This document shows, piece by piece, positions 13,090 to 25,363 of a stretch of 64,000 nt of DNA. The notes under the pieces are model-generated. The model was given only the letters and a program-made list of their open reading frames with translations. It made no database searches and was not told the DNA's origin. The stretch lies in assembly GCA_964188305.1 (NCBI GenBank), contig OZ076893.1, one strand, 5' to 3'. The stretch is from Podarcis bocagei (taxonomy: Eukaryota). Every line of letters starts with the position of its first letter. Within the stretch, counting starts at the first letter, position 1. A program made the position numbers and the translations under genes.

Positions 13090-13175
13090 ACTTCATGCAT
13101 TTGATAAAGTGGGTACTAGTCCTTGGAAGTTCATGCCATAATAAATTTGTGTTGAAGCAGACTAGCATGGGAACT
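13090..13175 (+). mobile_element. Degenerate Penelope-like end (dead hammerhead)
   Basis: gcatttgataaagtgggtactagtccttggaagttcatgc...gcagactagcatgg; both CUGANGA and GAAA are mutated. Confidence 0.5.
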
Positions 13176-13239
13176 GTTTAAGAGAGGTTAGAAGAAGAAA
13201 TATGCAAACATGCAGGATGTTCTTGGTATTCCCTTCTTA

Positions 13240-13430
13240 AAGGACTGTAACTGAGTGGCAGATCATCTCCTTTGCATGTGGAAGGCCCCAGATTTAGTCT
13301 CCAGCATCTCCAAGTTGGACTTCAAATGTCCCCTGCCTGAAACCCTGAAGAGCCACTTCCATTTAGTGTAGACAATTCTGAGTTTAGAGGGACCAATGAC
13401 CTATCTCAGTAGCTTCCTGTGTTCCTATGC
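13240..13430 (+). mobile_element. tRNA(Ala)-derived SINE with CR1-like tail
   Basis: ggactgtaactgagtggcaga...tttgcatg...catctcca head; cctgaaaccctg...gtgtagacaattctgag...ggaccaatg...gcttcctgtgttcct. Confidence 0.75.
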
Positions 13431-14127
13431 TCTGTGTTCTGGCAGCATCACATTAGCAAAAGGCTTGTGTGTTGCTTTGCATGCTATTATAGAAGCACAC
13501 TCTTTTTTCTGTTGAACGTAAGAGCCAAATTATTACATTCATGTACAGAAGCTATATTATCCATTCTAACTCTTTTTATCAGCTGTAGCAACAATTGCTA
13601 GTTAAAGGAAAAGTCTTTGTGGGAACTGAGCTGTTCTACATTTCAGGCATTACAACTTAATCTCAAAAGTTCTGAAACTTGAAATATGATCACCTGGTCC
13701 TAGAAAATGCAAACAAACATCACAATTCCCACAAGTAAAGAGATTAAACCTGAGCACTTGATGTAATCGTGGATGTCTCAGTGAACTTCCAAAGGAACAC
13801 AAGTTAAGCCTCTGATTAAAAGGCAAAGGAAAGAAGAAAACTTCCAGAACTCTGATGCAGTTACACTGCCCTTTGATGCTTTTCCAGGTTCCTTTGGTTT
13901 AGCAACAGAGTAAGTGTTCTTTATTTGGATAACCCAGCATATAGCTTCTTACTCTGTGGGCATGCCTACTGTACAAACATAACATGGTTTTAAAATAATT
14001 GAACTATTGTGAATTTCTTATTTAGTCAATTACATTTAAAATGCCTAAGCTGCTCTTCACCCTATACAATGCAGTGCAAATCAATGCAATGCAACATGTT
14101 GCTGGATTGCAGCTTTCTTCATTGTTA

Positions 14128-14335
14128 GAACATTAAAAGATCCATGCTGGATCAGGTCAAAGTCCAATCTAGTCCAGCTTCCTGTTCTCACAGTGGGAGA
14201 ACATTGTTCTTTTCTATGGGAAGCCCACAAGCAAGATTTGAGCGCAGCAGCACTTTTCCCTCCTGTGGTTTCCAGGAAATATAATATTATTTATGGCAGT
14301 GGAGGTGGAACATAGCCACCATTCCTAACCATTTA
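14128..14335 (-). mobile_element. CR1-like 3' fragment
   Basis: Reverse complement resembles 37540-37830 (tgctggatcagg...tctagtccagc...ctgttctcacagtgg). Confidence 0.65.
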
Positions 14336-15295
14336 CCATGCTATCTGGGGATAACAAGAGTTGGAGTCCAGCAACATCTGGAGGGTCACAGGTTCTCCAT
14401 CCTACACTAAACTGTATGGTCTTCAGACAAGGGAGCTTTACGGGCCAGAACTTAGTCTATAATCTGATAAAACAGCCAGAATTCCACTGAATTTTACGAA
14501 ATTCTTTCAGAAGTTCAGGGTGGTTCCACGGTGCTTTACCTGCCAAAATGCATTTTAAAGATAACATGGGAAGCATTTTCAACTTACGTTATTAAACATA
14601 CGTTGGGAAGTCAGCAGTGAGAAGGATATTAGAGCTCTGCATTCCATGCAGTCATAAAATCAATTTATTTTCCCATCTAATGCAGGCAAAGTGCCACGGA
14701 CCAGACTATAATTCTGGTCTCTGGTAGTATAATACTACTATAATTCAGTGGTATTAGCTAACTATCCTGCATGAGTCAAAAATATGATTTAATTAATTCT
14801 AATCAAAACCTTATGAGGTGATCACAATTAAATTGACACTAGTTTTTGTGTCTGCAAACATACGCTTTTGAACTATTTGCTGATGTACCCCTGTGAGATT
14901 TCTTCTGATCAGAATTTATTTTGGCCCTTCCCCAGTGTCCACCTGACTCTAGCCTTCTGACTTCCATAAAGTCCATCATTCCAATTCACATGAATAATAG
15001 CCTGATAGCAGGCAGCTAACTATTTATGCAACATCAATATACTAAATCAGTGGTGACAATATCCTTGGGACTGAACCCTTGCAAAATTGAATTGTATATA
15101 ATTATATATAATTAAAGGTTATGGTTGGTTAACAAGGCTCTGATCATCAAGTGCCTTGGCTTAAAATACCTGCTGCCATAGACTTTTAGCTCATAATGGT
15201 TATTTCATAGAAAGCATAAGCCAGTACATTTATTTAGTGGACTTTATAAAAGCACTCCTTTCTGCTGTGCTTCCTGCATCTGACAGTTTTCAATA

Positions 15296-16131
15296 CAGTG
15301 GTGCCCCGCAAGATGAATGCCTCGCAAGACGGAAAACTCGCTAGACGAAAGGGTTTTCCGTTTTTGAGCTGCTTCGCAAGACGAATTTCCCTATGGGCTT
15401 GCTTCGCAAGACGAAAACGTCTTGCAAGTTTGTTTCCTTTTTCTTAACACCTTTAATACAGTTGCGACTTGACTTCGAGGAGCAACTCATAGAACGCAGT
15501 GTACATAGTAGCCTTTTTTGAGGTTTTTAAAGACTTTGGTGATTTTTGAAGCTTTTCCAAAACTTCTTTTGCAGCCATTTGGTAAGTTAAGCTTTTAAAA
15601 CTTTTTTGGGGGGTTTTGGATTTTGAGCTGGGGTGTTTGGAATTCAAGGACTTGATGTTGGGAAGGGGTTTGCAAGAATCTGGAAGCTTGTGTGTGTGTT
15701 TTTCTGCATTTTTATGATTTTCTGTGACCATTGGGCCACTCTGCTGTTTTTTTTAAAAAATCTGGATTTGAATTTCTGTGTGCTGGGTGGCTGGGGGAAC
15801 AGTTGGGGAGGGGTTTGCAAGAATCTGGAAGCTTGTCGTTTTTTTCTGCATTTTTATGATTTTCTGTGACCATTGGGCCACTCTGCTGTTTTTTTAAAAA
15901 AATTCTGGGTTTGAATTTTGAAATGCTCTTTACAGTATGTGTAACTTTAAAGAGCACTTAATAAACTCTTGTTGTACCAAATTTGGCTTTGTTTGGACTT
16001 TTTTTGACCATAGGAACACATTAATTGATTTTCAATGCATTCCTATGGGAAACCGTGCTTCGCAAGATGAAAAATTCGCTAGATGAAAAAATTCACGGAA
16101 CAAATTAATTTCGTCTTGCGAGGCACCACTG
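15296..16131 (+). mobile_element. Tigger/pogo-like non-autonomous element, 836 bp
   Basis: TA|CAGTGGTGCCCCGCAAGA ... TCTTGCGAGGCACCACTG|TA; repeated cgcaagacg subterminal motifs; internal ~145 bp duplication (about 15660-15920). Confidence 0.92.
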
Positions 16132-16143
16132 TATAGAAGTGCA

Positions 16144-16211
16144 GTGGCTATCCATCAGTCAATGTGTTATATCTGAGGTGGCTATCCATCAGTCAATGTG
16201 TTATATCTGAG
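16144..16211 (+). repeat. Perfect 34-bp tandem duplication
   Basis: GTGGCTATCCATCAGTCAATGTGTTATATCTGAG x2. Confidence 0.95.
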
Positions 16212-16493
16212 GACACAGCCCCAGCATTTCTCTGTCTCACACTCCCCTCCCCCATAACCACTCCCCCAAATTGACCTTTTATGCAATGCCCTTACTATTC
16301 CTTGCTAGCTTCTTTGGGGCATTTCTTGGCATCCAGAACACCTTCAGTCCTCGGATCAGGTGCTTCTTCTTACGTATAAAAAGGGCCTCATCTACCTTTG
16401 GGGGTGCTGCTATTACATGACGGTCTAGCAGTGAGGGCTCTTTCCTGCTTTCTAAGACATCCTTGTAATGATGGTTCCCTAGAGGGAGAAGGG

Positions 16494-16754
16494 CAGGGGT
16501 CAGCAAACTTTTTCAGCAAGGGGCAGGTCCGCTGTCCCTCAGACCTTGTGCGGAGCCGGACTATATATATATATATATTTTTGGGGGGGGATGAACGAAT
16601 TCCTATGCCCCACAAATAACCCCGAGATGCATTTTAAATAAAAGGACATATTCTACTCATGTGAAAACACGCTGATTCCCGGACCATCCACGGGCCAGAT
16701 TAAGAAGGCGATTGGGCCAGATCCAGTCCCTGGGCCTTAGTTTGCCTATCCATG
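16494..16754 (+). mobile_element. hAT-type MITE with perfect 8-bp TSD
   Basis: CAGGGGTCAGCAAACT ... AGTTTGCCTATCCATG, flanked by GAGAAGGG at 16486-16493 and 16755-16762. Confidence 0.92.
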
Positions 16755-16889
16755 GAGAAGGGGCTCCTTTGATAGAGAAGTGGTAGGCTTCCCTCCACCT
16801 GTTTCCCCATTCCATCATAGTCTTGCATTGGGGGGAAAATCCCATCCTCTGCTGATTGGCAGAGCAGCCAAGGGGACTGTCTGAATATG

Positions 16890-17038
16890 CATATGTGTGC
16901 GTGTGTTTCTGTTTGCTTGAATATGTACAGTATGTATATGCCTGCTGGCCTTCCTGTGTTTGTGTGTGTGTGTGCCTGCCTGCCTGCCTGCCTGAAGTGT
17001 ATGTGTGTGTTTTATGTATGGTGAGTGTGTGTGTGTGA
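16890..17038 (+). repeat. Degenerate TG / TGCC low-complexity tract
   Basis: Mixed (TG)n and (TGCC)n units. Confidence 0.85.
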
Positions 17039-17625
17039 GCACACTTGCAACCCTTGGATAGTTGCCCAAGCCTCAGTGTGAATAACTTGACATTTGGAAC
17101 CTAGTGAATAACTTGACATTTGGACCAGTTTTGAGTTTCATTGTCATTCTCTAATGAATGGATTCTGTTTTTCAACTGAGGACAATCCAAATGACAGATT
17201 TAAATTAGTCTGGTTATTTCAGTCATTTGATTAACATTTTGTTTTGCTTATTATGGGGAAATTTGCAACACATTTGTGTGTCATGACAGATGGTCAGGGT
17301 TGTTAATTCCATGTTATTTTTCTGTGAAAATTTATGACTGCAGAGAATAAGAAACATTTTTGTTCCAACAATGTACATGTATTCAAACACCTTTGACGCA
17401 TCAGCAGAAAATCAGTTGCATAATGAATGTGATACATATTGCAAAGTCACCAGCTTCAAAGCGATCTTACCGGCTCAGTATACTTTGTCTCACAATCCTC
17501 TTGGGAAGGTCAAGACGGCCTCTACAGGGCAAATTTCCTCTGAAGGGGATATGTAGATTGATGGTGTATTTGTAATGATCTATTTACAAATGTGCAGGTT
17601 AATTACAGGAGTACAAAAGCAAGTA

Positions 17626-17985
17626 CAGTGGTACCTCGCAAGACGAATACCTCGCAAGACGAAAAACTCGCTAGACGAAAGAGTTTTTTTGTTTTTTGAG
17701 CTGCTTCGCAAGACAATTTTCCCTATGGGCTCGCTTCGCAAGACGGAAACGTCTTGCAAGTTTGTTTTCTTTTTCTTAACACCGTTAATACAGTTGCGAC
17801 TTGACTTCGAGGAGCAACTCATAGAACGCAGTGTACATAGTAGCCTTTTTTGAGGTTTTTAAAGACTTTGGTGATTTTGGAAGCTTTTCCAAAACTTTCC
17901 CAACACCGTGCTTCGCAAGACGAAAAAAATCACAAGACGACAAAACTCGCGGAATGAATTAATTTCGTCTTGCGAGGCACCATTG
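17626..17985 (+). mobile_element. Tigger/pogo-like MITE, 360 bp short form of 15296-16131
   Basis: TA|CAGTGGTACCTCGCAAGACG ... CGTCTTGCGAGGCACCATTG|TA; shares the first ~270 bp and last ~80 bp with the long copy. Confidence 0.92.
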
Positions 17986-19005
17986 TACATGGTGAATGTT
18001 GGTGCCAAAGCAACTTCAATCTAGCACCTCCAAATCCTAAAACAGATACCCAGCCAAGTCCAAAAGTGCTACTTTGCAAGTTCTTTAGATGTACACTCTC
18101 CAGTACTCAGACTAGGCAAACCAGTTTTAGTTCCCCTCTTACTCTGCAGATTATTGGAACCAAGGTGCATTGACAATAAGTGAATTTGTATCCAGTTACA
18201 TAGCTACCCTGATCGACAACGTTGACTAGGGCTGATGCGAGTTGGAGTCCAACCGCATTGGAAGGCACCGCATTGGCTAATCCCACCATAGTTCCTTAGC
18301 AGTGGGCTGCATTGTTCCTGAGATAGGATTGTCATAGTTCCTTACCAGCATTTAAAGACACTAAAGCATAGCAAAGGCTAAAGGGCCCCCATTGCGCTTA
18401 TTAAGACAGCAGGACAAGTCACACTAATATTTTTCCTCACTATGTGAACTGAATTAGGAAATGTTTTGGATATATGCCTGCCCCTCTGATTTTTGTATCG
18501 TTTAAAAAGCTCAAATTACCCTCCTTATTTATTTGCTTTTGTTTGTTTTGTGTTTGGTTTTGGTGCCTTGTTTGTGGTTCTTTGAAAGGCTGACTTTTTA
18601 CAAGCAGAGCAAAGGAGCCAGTTGAAGAAAATTGTCTGCAAAAAGTAATTTGAGCACTGCAGGCAGCAAAGATACCGGAAGCCAAAGAGCTGTGGGAACC
18701 TTATTTTGGAAATCAATTTAATGAACACCTTTTAAAGGATTTTCAATAGGCTCATAACTAATTGGCTGGGGGGTTGGGGGAACTAAGGAGATGGGTAATC
18801 ACTGCAGAGAGGGAACAACATAAATGCAGGTAGCCTAAAATATTTAAAGTGATTTAAATGTATTACATATTTATAAAGTAAGATGAAAAACATTTTAAAA
18901 CTTAAAAGGGGGCCTAATTTGCTTTTCATTTATTCCAGTGCTTTTGTCAGGTAGAATACTGGAAGGCAGGAGCAAAATTGCTTCTTAGTGAACAACTGAG
19001 TAGAA

Positions 19006-19250
19006 CAGGGGTCAGCAAACTTTTTCAGCAGAGGGCCAGTCCACTGTCCCTCAGACCTTGTGGGGGTCAGACTATATTGGGGGGGGATGAACGAATTCCT
19101 ATGCCCCACAAATAAGCCAGAGCTGCATTTTAAATAAAAGCACACATTCTGCTCATGTAAAAACACACTGATTCCCAGACCGTCTGTGGGCCGGATTTAG
19201 AAGGCGATTGGGCCGGATCTGGCCCCCAGGCCTTAGTTTGCCTACCCATG
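19006..19250 (+). mobile_element. hAT-type MITE, second copy of the 16494 family
   Basis: Same termini; TSD GAGTAGAA / GGGTAGAA (7/8). Confidence 0.92.
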
Positions 19251-19691
19251 GGGTAGAATATACCTGGTTTGTTTTTTTCTTATGTTTCAGAGGTGGAGAA
19301 CCTATAGGTAGGGATGTAAGAAGGAATTGTTTTCTGTTCCGCCCTGTCTTTGTTGCATGTAGCACTTCTTCCCTTCCACTGCAGTTTGTCTGGTGCCAAA
19401 AAACTGAATTACTCATCTTGCTGTCCGCTGTGGCAAAATTGTGGGATAACTAGCCTCCCATAATCAACATACTTCAGTCTAATTAATGCTTGAAGGGGTT
19501 AATATAATAGAATAAGCTGTCATGCTAGACTTAGCTATGTCCACTTCCCCTCCTCTTGGGAGGAACTAGGTGATCAAGCCTTTGTTTACTTCAGTCTACA
19601 TGTGAACCTCAGGATATGAAGAGGTTTGAGCTGGTTGTTGATTTTTTGAAATTAAATGAGTGCCATTCAAAACCTTCTTAATGGGAACTCT

Positions 19692-19815
19692 CAGGGCTTT
19701 TTTTCAGCCATAACTTTCCAAAAGTCAGTTCCGGCACTTCTCAGGTAGATGCCATTGTCATTATAAAAGAACAGGGGAGGCATTTATGGTGAGTTCCAGC
19801 ACCTATTTTTCTAAG
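19692..19815 (+). mobile_element. Probable hAT-type MITE fragment
   Basis: Begins CAGGGCTTTTTTTCAGCC; repeated agttccggcac/agttccagcac motif. Confidence 0.5.
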
Positions 19816-22800
19816 GAGAATAAGGAATATTTGTGCACTGTGTCTAGGTTAGGAGCACAGGTTTTTCTGTAAGATTCATATAAATTCTGAGAAGTTTCAT
19901 AAATGCTATGCGGCTCAGCTGGACTACTTTCTCCACTTTAAATCAGAGAAAAGTAGGAAAGATCAGCCTTCACAAGTTTAGCTGCATTTAAAGGAGAATT
20001 TACTAGAAATCTATAGTGCATTATAACATCTTATTTGCTAATGTGAAGATAAACCAACTATGCTAGGATGCAGTAGCAAGTAAGTAGGAATGCTTTTTTT
20101 CATTGAATTGATATTGTCATAAACCGCCTTGGGGGGCTCTTTTTTATAGAGCCAAAAGGCAGTAATAGCAATGCTGTTAAAATACATAAGCTAACATGCA
20201 CTGCCTGTACATCCCAAGTGACATATAATCAATGCAGGTTAAAAAGCTACTGGTGGGACAGAAGTGGCCTTTTACCCTCAATATGCATTGCCATTAATCA
20301 TAGAGTAACTGGGACTTGAAGGAAAAGTCACTGAGTTATTCTCCTGGCTGTTAAAAAAAGAAAAAAAAGTTGTGGGATCCTACAAACATGCTAATGAGAA
20401 AAGGCCTTGTCCAAAGCACTGATTTCTGGAAAGTTTATTCAACTGTCATTTACCAGCTTAAAGGCTGCAGCCTTTATTAGTAGTTACTTCCAAGAGGTTT
20501 CTGTTTGCTGAAAGTAAAGGAAGTCCCTGAGCCACTTTTATCTATAATTATTATTTTTATATCTGTTGTGAAGGCAGCTGCAGTGACTGTATGCAATGTA
20601 CTCTAGTAATGACTCCACTCTACTAATTCATAGTTACAATGCTCTTCGGAATATAGAATGCCTATTATTAACAACATTTCAGAATGTTTAAATGTATATT
20701 TAGGAAACTGCATCCAAAGGAATAGTCAGCTGAGTGGCCTTGGGTCCTACTTGACCTAGGAATTTCTCTATTTAAAGGGCTATCATAAAGGGCTTTATCT
20801 GTAAGGCTGTTTTTTAAATCAGCAGTGGCTATTTGATGTCTGGGTTTTTGCATACCCATCTGTGCAGTTACAGAAAGGCTGGCAATGCTGCAATGTAAAC
20901 AGTGAATTTGTATTTGCAGAAATGTGTTTCTCAGTTTGGCAATGTATTTTGTGGAGAGTGTAAGAATGCTTCCATAAAAATGTTTTGTGGAATATTTCAG
21001 GAACATTCAGAAAACACGTTGTTCAAGCTCATTATAGACTGTCCGCTCCCGACTGTTCTACTATCACTGAAACTTCTCAATGGGATTTCAGTAATCATTT
21101 TAGTCATTCAGAAGCAGGTTAAAGTTCACCTTTGTAGGCTTATGGGTAATTCATTCATCTTTCACGTGTCTCGGCAGTGTGCATTGTCCTGGGCGCTGCT
21201 TTTCCAGCATTGGAATTTGATTTGTGCATCTCTCCTAATCTCACTGGATTTTATGAGAGAAAGGAGAGATTTAAGGCTGGCGGGTTTGGGTATTTATCTA
21301 ATTTAAGTAATGCTGGACATATTACAAAACAGCACATTGACTTCCATCTGTCTGCCCTTTTTAATGATCTGTTTTCTAAAAGGAACTGAGAGATTTATTA
21401 CACTGGAATTTCTGAAGTATAGAGTAGATCCAGTGTCAAGCCAGGATAAATCTCTTTAAATAACAAGTGACAAAACACAAATTTGAGCTCAGAAAGAATC
21501 ATTTATATTCATCTAGAAAGATTACAGCACTGAAAAAGTCAAAATAATGGGGGGGGTAGCGTCTTGTCTAGATTAAATTGTCTAGAAGTGCTTTTTTCAG
21601 TCACGAAATAGGGCTGTTTTAGCCTTTCACTAACACACATACAACTCCCTGCTCTTTCTAAAGCAAATGCCAAATGTTTTAAGAACTACTTACTGGCCTG
21701 GTAACCTTGGCTTAGCAAGATTTCATGAATCACTGTGGTTCGCAGTTGCTTTGTTCCTCCCTAGACCTTTTTGCTCCCACTCTGCACTTAGCTAAGCCAA
21801 ACTTTGGCTGAGCATGGCATGCAAAGCAACTCACCATTTGTAAAAAGTCCTAACATGTTTTAGGACTTTAGATGTGCTAAGACGTACCAAGAATTCACTA
21901 CTGCAGCATCCGTTTTTATGCCAATATTGTAGGTAGAAATGCCAATCAAGATCTGTAATTGTTTCACTCCTGCTTTAGGGGTGATAGTCATGGCTGCAGT
22001 AGGTTTATGCCTTGTTTGATGACTTCTTCCATCCCTTTGGCATTCCCTCCATATTGGAACCCAAGGCTTATATAAGCAAACATAATGAAAATATAATGAA
22101 AAGGTCATTATCCTTGAACAGTTTGTCTTTTAATCTATCACAGTTGTCTGCCACCATTCTTCTAAAGAGCTCAGAGCAGTGTGTTTGGAGTTTTTCATCT
22201 CCAAAACTGTGTAAGACAAGCTCAGTTGAGAGATGGTGAAAGGAACAATGTAATTCAGTGAGCTGTAAGTCAGAAATTTCAGTTTTGGTGTTTCTGTGTC
22301 AGGCTGAGCCCTCTGTCTGTTACATCAAAATTGTGGCGTTTGGATCTTTTTGGTTTACTTAAAATTCAAGATCCCCCATTCAAAGCCAGATGTGAAATGT
22401 TGATTGCCCCACCCACCAACTATTTGAAGACACAAAAAAGTCACATCATATGTTACTATGTGAAAAAGTCACATCTAGTTTGACCCTAAGCTTCAGATCA
22501 GAGAATTTAACAGAAACCTAGATATTCAGAAAAGACCTGGTCAAAAGCAATCAAATATTACTTAATATTTTACATGTTGTGAATACTGGGGCTGAGAGAT
22601 AATGTGATTAGCACAAGGCCAGCTATGGTAGAGAAATTCTCTTGATTTGCAGCTTCATTTGTTGTGGTTGTTTTGGAATTGGGGTCAGAACCCATTGCTA
22701 ATTTGTTGCATATCGCCCAGAGTATCTTCCAGGAGTAGATACTGATCTGCTTTCTGCCCACCCTTACACTACACTTCACTGGCTTTCAAATACCGGTAGG

Positions 22801-25051
22801 TTCATAAGATCATGAGAATAAGCTCAGGCCTTGCCATTCTCTCCCTCTTCTCCAACTGCTTTCCATTATCTGTATTATATATCATTTTCCATTATCAGAA
22901 TTATATATCCATCTTTCTTTATGGCCTTTTGTTTGTTTGAGTCTTATCCTCTTAATTCATCAATATTGCTGTGCTTGAAAGACCCAGTATGTAAATCTTT
23001 CAGAAGACTTCCTGGGGCTTTTTTTTAGCTTTATTACTTTGGGCATAAAGTTGTCTTCTTATTCACAGTTTTATAATTTATAAAGTGTGCCTACTCCCAT
23101 TTTCATGTTCTCTTAGATGAGTTTAGATTAGTTCTATCAATCCTCTTTGTAATGTTAACGACTTAAATTAGATTACTGCAAAAACTGTCTCTGTTAGTGA
23201 ATATAAACCATTTCCCTTAATCTGGTGGTTAAAAGTTAAATGTTTAATGCTAGTTACCATCTGGTCACATATTAATAAATCCCTTTGAGACATATAACAT
23301 AGTATTTTTGTTGATAATCAGCTCTTTCCTGAGGGTTGCTGTGTGGCAGTTCTTTATAAACATGGGAAATGCTTTTCTGATGAGCTAGAATGAGACAGCT
23401 TCAAAGAGAGTGAGCAGCTTTGGAAGATGAAGTTTTCACTTATTAAGCTGAGGTATGCAGAGTGTTTTGCTCTCACATGGAATCCATTCACCCAAATCAC
23501 AATTAAACCAGGAAACTTCCAACAATAGCTACACCATAGTTTGAAGCTAGTTTAATATCCTGGATTGTTATGGAGCTGCTTACCATAATTTCCAAATTCA
23601 GATGAAACAGAAAACTTGTTAGTGGTTAATTAAAATCTTGATCCAGCTGAGGTTTATGACAAAGGAGCTGCATGCATGAACAAAAAGCTCATGTATATCT
23701 CAGCTAAATTAACTAAGGTATGAAAATCCAAACACATTGTTAAAGTTCACTTTCCAGATTTTTAATACAGGCATAACCTTCTTAAATGTTTAATTATCAA
23801 TTAATGATAAAAAGGAATGAAAAAGCAACTAATAAAAATAAAACATAATAATACATAATTAACTGGTATGCCTATCACTTCATTTAGCCTCATCCCATGG
23901 CTGAAGTTCATCTCTGTGTATCTTCTGCTTGCATCCTATCTTTATAAGAAAAGTCAAGCTCCATTGGAAAGTTATTCACATGCTTAACTTTTTACCCATT
24001 GAAATCTGAGTTGGTTACTTGGTTGCTCAGGTCATTCTCTCTGCTTTTAACCAGGAGCAAAATACTTCTGCTGTCCAAAGGAGCTAACATTTATAAGAGG
24101 ATAAATGATTAGATCCAAAAATGGTAGAAACAAAGGTGAAAGGTTTACATGCTGAGTGTCTTTTATTCAAATGTGTGTATGAAAGAATGTACACCTATGT
24201 AAGAGAGAGATGGATATTTTATACCACTTAAATGGTTAACACATTTATGCCAACAGTTTTATCCCAATGGAAAGAACATTGTCCCATTAATTTCAGTTCT
24301 GATATTTTCTTTAGGAATTCAACCATTCATAATTCAGAAAGTGAGCATAGCACACACCTTTGTGAAACTGCATAATTAGAGCGAAGGAAATAAGTCCACT
24401 ACTTTTAGCACCTGTTTTGTTACAAAGTAATGATTGGTATTTAAACATGCTACCTGCCTTTGCCAAGGTATGCTAATTAACTCAGCCTGTTTGCATCCAT
24501 TTAATGATGGCATATTTGTTTTGATTATTTTTATTCTTATGTTGTCAAAGCTGTGGCCCTCTGCACACTTATATAGAAGTAAGTCCCACACAAGAGCCGC
24601 CACAGCACCTGTGTGGTATTTTCCTATTTAGTGAGCAGATATTGCAGGCAAATATACCATGTGATGCTGCCAATTACCAAAAATAGCACATCATATATAT
24701 ATACTTTCATCATCAGTAGTATGAATTCTTTTGTAGGAAAAATTTACCCACTAGCAGTATACTACTATAGATTTCCACTAGCAGTATACTACTGCCGGTA
24801 CGATTTCCCCCCTTATTGAGATGTGTGCCAGAGGTTAGTGTAACGGTAGTGCCTTAGGGTTGTATCCCTTTGCCACTGCTACTGTAGTCTACAATCTGGA
24901 TCTGGAATACATAGTAAAATATCACTCTGAGAATTCTTTGGCCTTTTGCTTCAATGGACACTTCAATTAGCACTGAACAGTTTAGTCTGTGGGACATTCC
25001 AGGATTCTGTCCCCAGGGCTGTTTTATTATCTAAATGTAACCCTTGATGGA

Positions 25052-25363
25052 AGGGATGCGGGTGGCGCTGTGGGTTAAACCACAGAGCCTAGGGTTTGCC
25101 AATCAGAAGGTCGGCGGTTCGAATCCCTGCAACGGGGTGAGCTCCCATTGCTCGGTCGCTGCTCCTGCCAACCTAGCAGTTCGAAAGCACGAAGTGCAAG
25201 TAGATAAATAGGTACCACTCCGGCGCTGCTCCAGAAGCGGCTAGTCATGCTGGCCACATGACCCAGAAGCTGTACGCTGGCTCTCTTGGCCAGTAAAGCA
25301 AGATGAGTGCTGCAACCCCAAAGTTGTCTGTGACTGGACCTAATGGTCAGGGGTCCCTTTACC
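25052..25363 (+). mobile_element. Sauria SINE with 14-bp TSD
   Basis: gggatgcgggtggcgctgtgg A-box head, ggttcgaatccc B-box, ...ggggtccctttacc tail; TAACCCTTGATGGA at 25038-25051 and 25364-25377. Confidence 0.93.

Noticed and set aside
15296-15430. Regularly spaced cgcaagacg repeats suggesting a CRISPR-like array
   Set aside because: Subterminal repeats of a DNA transposon in a vertebrate genome; too short, no cas genes.
15453-15957. ORFs inside the Tigger-like element
   Set aside because: No transposase HTH or DDE features; they derive from T-rich duplicated internal sequence.
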